A program made the position numbers and the translations under genes. 64,000 nucleotides of DNA from positions 224,001 to 288,000 of the forward strand of contig CBDAOY010000009.1 of the NCBI GenBank assembly GCA_965198225.1. Reading direction: 5' to 3'. Source of the DNA: Terriglobia bacterium. GTDB taxonomy: Bacteria > Acidobacteriota > Terriglobia > 20CM-2-55-15. Of the stretch, positions 57,852-64,000 are shown piece after piece (position 1 is the first letter of the stretch; each line of letters begins with the position of its first letter). The notes beneath the pieces were generated by a model. The model saw only the letters and a program-made list of their open reading frames with translations, was not told the origin of the DNA and made no database searches.

Positions 57852-59134
57852 TGCGAATCGTTGACCTCACCGACACGCTCGACATGGACGCCGTGGATGC
57901 ACTACTGCCTGGCGCAAAACGGGAGGACGATGTCGATGAGATCGTTTCAGAGATCGTCGAGGCCGTGCGTGACCGAGGCGACGAAGCCCTGTTCGAGTAC
58001 ACGTCGATGTTCGACGGTTTCGATCTGAAGACCAGTGCGATCGCCGTTTCAGCGGACGAAATCCGCGACTACGCCAGCGGTGCCGACGACGAGTTGGTCG
58101 AGATCCTGCGCATCGCGATGTCCAATATCCGCCAGTTCCACGAGGAGCAGCTCCAGGATTCGTGGGAGATCTATGCCGGCGACGGCGTCCACCTCGGACA
58201 ACGGATCACTCCGCTTGAAAGGGTCGGACTGTGCGTACCGGGCTTTACGGCAGCTTACCCCTCGTCGGTGTTGATGAATGCGATTCCGGCCCAGGTTGCA
58301 TCCGTCGGGCGAATCATCGTGGTCACGCCGCCCCGGTCTCTCCAGGAGAACCCTCTCGTGGCGGCCGCTCTCGACATGCTGGGCCTGCACGAGGTGTACC
58401 GGGTCGGTGGCGCGCAGGCAGTGGCGGCCCTTGCGTTCGGAACTGACTCCGTCCCGAACGTCGACAAGATCGTCGGACCGGGAAACCGGTATGTCCAGGC
58501 AGCGAAGCGACGGGTCTTCGGAACCGTCAGCATCGACATGACCGCCGGACCCAGTGAGGTGGCGATCATCGCCGACGGGACCTGCGACCCGGCCTGGATT
58601 GCCGCCGATCTGCTCGCGCAGGCTGAACACGACGAGATGGCCAGCGTGTGGCTCATATGCTGGTCAGAGGACGTGGCAGCCGCGGTGTTCGACCAGGTTC
58701 AGATCCAGCTGGAAACGTTGGACCGGGACGAGATCGCGAGAATGGCGATTGCCAACAACGGCATCAGCTTCATCGTCGCCGACGAGGACGACGCGCTCGA
58801 ACTGGTCAACCACATCGCGCCCGAGCACGTCGAGGTCCTGATGGCGGAACCCGATCGCATCGCTGACGGGATCAGGAACGCCGGAGCGGTGTTCATCGGG
58901 CGCTACTCGCCCACAGTCGTTGGGGACTATTTCGCCGGTCCGAGCCACGTTCTGCCGACTGGGCGCACGTCACGATTCTTTTCGCCGCTGGGAGTCTACG
59001 ATTTTCTGAAACGCACGAGCGTCGTGCGCTATTCGGGCCGGGCGATCGAGCGTTCCGGCAACATGATTGAAAAGTTCGCCATCGCCGAAGGCCTGACGGG
59101 ACATGCCAGATCGCTCACAATTCGAAGTCATTAA
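57851..59134 (+). CDS. hisD: Histidinol dehydrogenase
   Basis: AGPSE, LAQAEH, APEH and GPSHVLPT. Confidence 0.96.
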
Positions 59135-60182
59135 GCACGAAGTCCGAGCAGCGGCCGCGTACCACCTCGAGCACTTTGTGGCGGACGTCAAGCTTGATCA
59201 GAACGAGAATCCGTACGAACTGCCCGACGAGTTGAAACGGGAGGTTGTCGATCGTGTGCTCGGTCGCACCTGGGGCCGGTATCCCGACCTCGTGCCGGAT
59301 CATGTCATCGAAAAGCTGGCCGGCTTCACGGGATGGGCTCGTGATGGCATTCTGGTGGGCAACGGCTCGAATGAACTGATCAACGCCACGCTGGCGGTGA
59401 CACTGCGGCCCGGCAGCACGATAGCCATGCCCCAGCCGACTTTCACCCTCTACAAGTTGATGGCAACCACCCTGGGGGCGAGGGTGGAGGACGTCTTCCT
59501 GAACGCCTCCGACATGAGCTTCGATGTCGGAGCGCTGATCGAGGCGGCGCGAACGTCGGACCTGCTGATTCTGTGCTCGCCCAACAATCCGACCGGAACT
59601 CTCCTGGAGCGCTCCGAAACCGAGCGAATCATCGAAAACGCCCGAGGTCTGGTGATCCTGGACGAGGCGTACCACGAATTCAGCGGGCAGACGGCGCTTC
59701 CGCTGCTGGAGCGGCACGAGAACCTGATCCTGCTGCGTACGTTCTCGAAGGCGATGTCGATGGCGGGTCTGCGGTTTGGCTACCTGCTGACACACCCCCG
59801 AATAGCGCGTGAAGTCGAGAAGGCAAAGCTGCCTTACAGCGTCAACATATTCACCCTGGCGGCCGCCGAGGTCGCCCTGGACCGCGCGGAGGTTCTCCGG
59901 GACGCAGTCCGGAAACTGATTGACGAACGCGGGCGACTCGCTCGGGAACTCGAGGGCCGAACCCGCGTCGAGGCGTTTCCCTCCCGGGCTAATTTCATCC
60001 TCATAAGGACGGCCCAGCCGGCGCGTCGACTATTCGATGCTCTCTACGCGGAAGGTGTTCTGGTGCGGGATGTGAGCCGCTACCCCCTGCTCGATCGAGC
60101 CCTTCGAGTATCGGTCGGAACGCCGGAGGAAAACACCCGATTCCTAGCCGCCCTGGACCGGGCAATGGAGACACTGGAATGA
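59103..60182 (+). CDS. hisC: Histidinol-phosphate aminotransferase
   Basis: KLDQNENP, NGSNE, PNNPTG, DEAY and RTFSKA. Confidence 0.95.
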   Translation: MPDRSQFEVIKHEVRAAAAYHLEHFVADVKLDQNENPYELPDELKREVVDRVLGRTWGRYPDLVPDHVIEKLAGFTGWARDGILVGNGSNELINATLAVTLRPGSTIAMPQPTFTLYKLMATTLGARVEDVFLNASDMSFDVGALIEAARTSDLLILCSPNNPTGTLLERSETERIIENARGLVILDEAYHEFSGQTALPLLERHENLILLRTFSKAMSMAGLRFGYLLTHPRIAREVEKAKLPYSVNIFTLAAAEVALDRAEVLRDAVRKLIDERGRLARELEGRTRVEAFPSRANFILIRTAQPARRLFDALYAEGVLVRDVSRYPLLDRALRVSVGTPEENTRFLAALDRAMETLE

Positions 60183-60769
60183 GTGCGCGTGTATCGGAAA
60201 AAAAGCGGAAAACGAACGAGACCGATATCCGGGTTCGCCTGAACCTGGACGGGACCGGACGGCACGAAATCTCGACCGGAATCCCGTTTTTCGATCACAT
60301 GCTGGCACAGCTGGCGCGACACGGGCGAATGGACCTGGAGATCGACGCAAAGGGAGATCTTGAAATCGACGGGCATCACACGGTCGAAGATGTCGGTCTG
60401 ACGCTGGGACAGGGGCTGGACGAGGCCTTGGGCGAGCGCCGGGGTATCACCCGATTCGCGCACGCCTACGTACCTCTGGATGAAGCTCTGAGCCGCGTCG
60501 TCGTCGATTTCTCGGGACGGCCTTACCTGGTTTTCAACGCCAGGTTCGAGTCTTCCAGGGTTGGTGATCTCCAGACCGAGCTCATCGAGGAGTTTTTCAA
60601 GGCGATGGTTCAAGAGGGTCGGCTCAACATGCATGTGGAATCCATCTACGGACGGAACCAGCACCACATTGCCGAGACGATCTTCAAAGCGGCGGCGCGA
60701 GCCCTGCACCTAGCGACGCGCATCGAGCCCGGATATCAGGAGATACCATCGACGAAAGGGGTGCTGTGA
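60179..60769 (+). CDS. hisB: Imidazoleglycerol-phosphate dehydratase (monofunctional)
   Basis: FFDHML, HHTVED, HHIAE and PSTKG. Confidence 0.96.
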   Translation: MSARVSEKKRKTNETDIRVRLNLDGTGRHEISTGIPFFDHMLAQLARHGRMDLEIDAKGDLEIDGHHTVEDVGLTLGQGLDEALGERRGITRFAHAYVPLDEALSRVVVDFSGRPYLVFNARFESSRVGDLQTELIEEFFKAMVQEGRLNMHVESIYGRNQHHIAETIFKAAARALHLATRIEPGYQEIPSTKGVL

Positions 60770-60774
60770 GGGGA

Positions 60775-60930
60775 CGTAGGCCGTTGTTGTGGCCCTTCGG
60801 GGCCACGGTCGTAGGCCGTAGGCCGTTGGGCCCCTTCGGGCCCTGTTGTCCGTAGGGTCTACTCTTGGCGGAATGTGCCGCGAGAGAACGGACGTGAGGG
60901 GGACAGGGCTTGCCCTGTCCCCGGGTCTTC
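60775..60930. repeat. CGTAGGC heptamers, two TTCG-loop hairpins and a family B repeat inside the his operon
   Basis: GTGGCCCTTCGGGGCCAC, GGGCCCCTTCGGGGCCC and GTGAGGGGGACAGGGCTTGCCCTGTCCCCGGG. Confidence 0.8.
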
Positions 60931-60955
60931 AGTACGTAGAAAAGTCTATTTGAGA

Positions 60956-61555
60956 ATGCTGACAGTAATCGATTACCACCTGAACAATCTCCGGAGCATC
61001 GAGAACACGCTCCGCAGGCTCGGGCATGAGGTGCGGGTCACCTCGGACGCTGATGACGTCCGGTCGGCCGCCAAGCTGATCCTCCCCGGCGTGGGAGCCT
61101 TCCCTGATGCCATGCACAACTTGGACGAACTCGGTTTGACCCAGGCGGTGATCGAAAAAGTCACCTCGGGCACGCCGATCCTCGGAATCTGCCTCGGAAT
61201 GCACCTCCTGTTCACCGAAAGCGAAGAGTTCGGCAACCATCGCGGTCTGGGCCTCATCGAAGGCGATGTTCGACGCCTTCCCAGCGGGGTCCACGTTCCA
61301 CACATGGGATGGAACCAGCTTCACCTGACACGGAAGGACCCGATCCTCGAAGACGTCCCGGACGGAAGCTTCGTCTATTTCGTCCACTCCTACTACACGG
61401 CGCCCGCCGACGTGGGCGTCGTGACCGCGACAACCGACTATGGAATGGACTTCCCGGCGGTCGTGTCGTCGGACAACGTCTGGGCAACGCAGTTTCACCC
61501 CGAGAAGAGCCAACAGGTCGGTGAACGAATCCTGGACCGGTTTGCCCGCTCATGA
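60956..61555 (+). CDS. hisH: IGP synthase glutaminase subunit
   Basis: LPGVGAF, GICLGM, PHMGWN, YFVHSY and QFHPEKS. Confidence 0.96.
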   Translation: MLTVIDYHLNNLRSIENTLRRLGHEVRVTSDADDVRSAAKLILPGVGAFPDAMHNLDELGLTQAVIEKVTSGTPILGICLGMHLLFTESEEFGNHRGLGLIEGDVRRLPSGVHVPHMGWNQLHLTRKDPILEDVPDGSFVYFVHSYYTAPADVGVVTATTDYGMDFPAVVSSDNVWATQFHPEKSQQVGERILDRFARS

Positions 61556-62277
61556 ATCTCTATCCAGCTATCGACATCTACCAGGGCAATGCTGTCCGGC
61601 TCCGCCAGGGCCGACGCGAGGAGGCAACCGTCTACGGAAGCCCACTGGAAATGGCCCGGCGCTGGAGCCACTCAGGCGCCCGGTGGCTGCATGTCGTCGA
61701 TCTGGACGGAGCGTTCGAGGGGCGCCCCCACAACACGGGCACGATCGAGGAAATCCGTTCGGAATGTCCCGGCATGAAGGTGCAAGTCGGCGGTGGCATC
61801 CGCGACATGACGGCGGTCGAGTCCGTGCTGGGCCTCGGAGTGGAACGGGTCGTTCTCGGCACGGCGGCCGTCGAGGACCCGAACTTTCTCGGAAAGGCTC
61901 TGGATCGTTTCGGGGATCGGATTGCGGTCGGCATCGACGCGCGGGATCAAACGGTCCGACTGGCAGGCTGGACCACGAGCGCGGGCATTAGTGCCGTGGA
62001 ACTCGCATCGACTCTTGAAGAGGCAGGCGTCGGGCTGATCGTCTACACCGATATCTCTCGCGACGGCGAGCTGCGGGGAATCAATCTCGAAGCCAACCGG
62101 GAAATGCTCGAATCGACCGGGTTGCGCATCATCGCTTCCGGCGGGTTTTCAAGCATCGAGGATCTTGACCGTCTCAAAGCGCTGGCTCACCCGAGACTGG
62201 ATGGCGTCGTCATCGGCAAAGCCCTGTACGAAGGCCGATTGCGGCTCGACGAGGCCCTGGCTGGAGCTCAAAACTGA
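61552..62277 (+). CDS. hisA: ProFAR isomerase
   Basis: [17 protein letters not shown] and TDISRDG. Confidence 0.96.
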   Translation: MNLYPAIDIYQGNAVRLRQGRREEATVYGSPLEMARRWSHSGARWLHVVDLDGAFEGRPHNTGTIEEIRSECPGMKVQVGGGIRDMTAVESVLGLGVERVVLGTAAVEDPNFLGKALDRFGDRIAVGIDARDQTVRLAGWTTSAGISAVELASTLEEAGVGLIVYTDISRDGELRGINLEANREMLESTGLRIIASGGFSSIEDLDRLKALAHPRLDGVVIGKALYEGRLRLDEALAGAQN

Positions 62278-63044
62278 TGCTGGCAAAACGGATCATCCCC
62301 TGCCTGGACGTTAAAGACGGACGAGTCGTCAAGGGTGTGAACTTCGTGGATCTCCGGGATGCGGGGGACCCCGTAAAATCCGGCCTGCAGTACTCGGAGG
62401 AAGGCGCCGACGAGCTGGTTTTTCTCGACATTACCGCCTCGTCGGATCGACGAGATATCGTCGCCGGTATGGTCCAGGACGTGGCCGACACCATCAACAT
62501 CCCCTTCACGGTCGGTGGTGGACTGCGGTCGGTCGCCGATATCCAACAAATTCTGCGATCGGGAGCCGACAAGGTGTCCATCAATACCTCGGCGGTGGAA
62601 CGTCCGTCGCTAGTCGCCGAAGCGGCCGGACGTTTCGGCAGCCAGTGCATCGTCGTTGCCATCGATGCCCGTCGCGAACCGCGGGACGGAGGAGCTCTTC
62701 AATGGAACGTCTACACTCACGGGGGCCGGACCCGGACTGATCGAGACGCGATTTCCTGGGCCGGTGAGGTGGCTTCACTCGGAGCCGGCGAAATACTGCT
62801 GACCAGCATGGACGCCGACGGAACCAACGCGGGCTACGACATCGAGCTGACTCGGCGGATTGCCTCCGTCGTCGCGGTCCCCGTCATCGCATCGGGGGGC
62901 GCCGGATGTCTGGATCATCTGGTCGAGGCCCTCACTGACGGCGCTGCCAGCGCAGTCCTTGCCGCGTCGATCTTCCACTTCGGGAAACATACGATCGCGG
63001 AGGCCAAGGACTATCTGCGCAAGAAGGGGGTTGTCGTTCGATGA
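62277..63044 (+). CDS. hisF: IGP synthase cyclase subunit
   Basis: [19 protein letters not shown] and TSMDADGT. Confidence 0.97.
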   Translation: MLAKRIIPCLDVKDGRVVKGVNFVDLRDAGDPVKSGLQYSEEGADELVFLDITASSDRRDIVAGMVQDVADTINIPFTVGGGLRSVADIQQILRSGADKVSINTSAVERPSLVAEAAGRFGSQCIVVAIDARREPRDGGALQWNVYTHGGRTRTDRDAISWAGEVASLGAGEILLTSMDADGTNAGYDIELTRRIASVVAVPVIASGGAGCLDHLVEALTDGAASAVLAASIFHFGKHTIAEAKDYLRKKGVVVR

Positions 63045-63673
63045 CCGAGGGCGCGCCGAACATCCTCGAAAACGTGGCGTTCGACGAACAGGGGCTGGTG
63101 CCGGCGATCGTCCAGGACGCGTCGACGCGCGAGGTGCTCATGCTCGCCTACATGAACCGGGAATCCCTCGAACTGACGATCGAGCGGGGGGAGACCTATT
63201 TCTACAGCCGGAGCCGGGGAGAGCTCTGGCACAAGGGCGCCACATCGGGCAATCTCCAGTCGGTAAGCAAGATCCGCCTGGACTGCGACTTCGACACCGT
63301 CCTGATCGAAGTTGCGCCTCAGGGACCGGCGTGCCACAAGGGCACGTACTCCTGCTTCGAGGTTGAACCGCAACTGGGGGGACTCCTCGGGTACCTTTAC
63401 ACACTGATCGAGAAACGGAAAGAAACACGCCCCGACGACAGTTACACCTCGTACCTTTTCAACAGCGGACTGGACAAGATCTTGAAGAAAGTCGGCGAAG
63501 AGGCAGCCGAGACTATCGTCGCTTCGAAAAACCCGGGCTCGAGAGAACTGATAGCCGAGGCTTCGGATCTGCTGTATCACCTGCTGGTGCTTCTGGTCGA
63601 GCGTGGGATCTCGCCCGACCAGTTGAGGGACGAACTGAAAAACCGACATGCATCCAAGTCTGGAACAGATTGA
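63041..63673 (+). CDS. hisIE: Bifunctional phosphoribosyl-AMP cyclohydrolase/phosphoribosyl-ATP diphosphatase
   Basis: [26 protein letters not shown] and DLLYH. Confidence 0.96.
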   Translation: MTEGAPNILENVAFDEQGLVPAIVQDASTREVLMLAYMNRESLELTIERGETYFYSRSRGELWHKGATSGNLQSVSKIRLDCDFDTVLIEVAPQGPACHKGTYSCFEVEPQLGGLLGYLYTLIEKRKETRPDDSYTSYLFNSGLDKILKKVGEEAAETIVASKNPGSRELIAEASDLLYHLLVLLVERGISPDQLRDELKNRHASKSGTD

Positions 63674-64000
63674 GGAACTGTGCTCCGACGGGAATGTCAT
63701 CCCGGTCTATAAATCGGTCGTGGCCGATTTTCTGACGCCCGTTTCCGCGTACCTCAGACTCCAGGAAGGCCGCCCCTACGCTTTCCTCCTTGAATCGGTC
63801 GAAGGCGGCGAAACCGTGGGGCGCTATTCCTTCCTGGGCAGCGATCCGTTTCTGGTCTGCAGCATCGGTGGTAAGAGACTGGATGTGGACACGACAGCGG
63901 GCCGTAACCTCCACTTCAGCGCCGATGACCGCCACGGCTTTTTCGCGGCGCTTCGGAGCACGATGGCTCGCTTTCAGTCCGTCCGGCTTCCCGATCTCCC
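63648..64000 (+). CDS. trpE: Anthranilate synthase component I (3' end outside window)
   Basis: Own translation from ATG 63648: ...[13 protein letters not shown]...[19 protein letters not shown]. Confidence 0.88.
   Translation, partial: MHPSLEQIEELCSDGNVIPVYKSVVADFLTPVSAYLRLQEGRPYAFLLESVEGGETVGRYSFLGSDPFLVCSIGGKRLDVDTTAGRNLHFSADDRHGFFAALRSTMARFQSVRLPDL

Overview
GC-rich bacterial chromosome segment. It is most plausibly Acidobacteriota, inferred from the rplM-rpsI-rpsB-tsf-pyrH-frr order, an aroD-aroE fusion and a zf-HC2/TonB-C-type anti-sigma. It has two halves. (1) 1-26.8 kb is an accessory 'train' of about 40 small, functionally unrelated genes, all but one on the + strand (DUF1697, DinB, serine hydrolases, DUF1801, methyltransferases, GNATs, CYTH, NUDIX, TfoX, VOC and others). 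It contains frameshifts, in-frame fusions and tiny remnants that keep only the first and last codons of a gene. (2) 27-64 kb is core genome: gatB, mtnA, tsaD, translation genes, murA, lpxB, an ECF sigma/anti-sigma pair, pgsA-amrA-lgt, cysK-aroDE-thrB-asd, hisZGDCBHAF(IE) and the start of trpE. The strongest hidden signal is a class I SAM methyltransferase (4379-5176) that the ORF track splits at an in-frame TGA in a Cys-TGA motif, followed by a hairpin that fits the bacterial SECIS consensus, so it is a probable selenoprotein. Other notable points are the internally deleted gene remnants that preserve start/stop coupling, an ABC1/UbiB kinase with a signal peptide, a frameshifted mtnA N-terminus, and at least five intergenic palindromic repeat families including GTAG-type REPs in nested pairs. 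I saw no tRNA, rRNA, CRISPR array, integrase or transposase. All family calls are by motif recognition, not database search.
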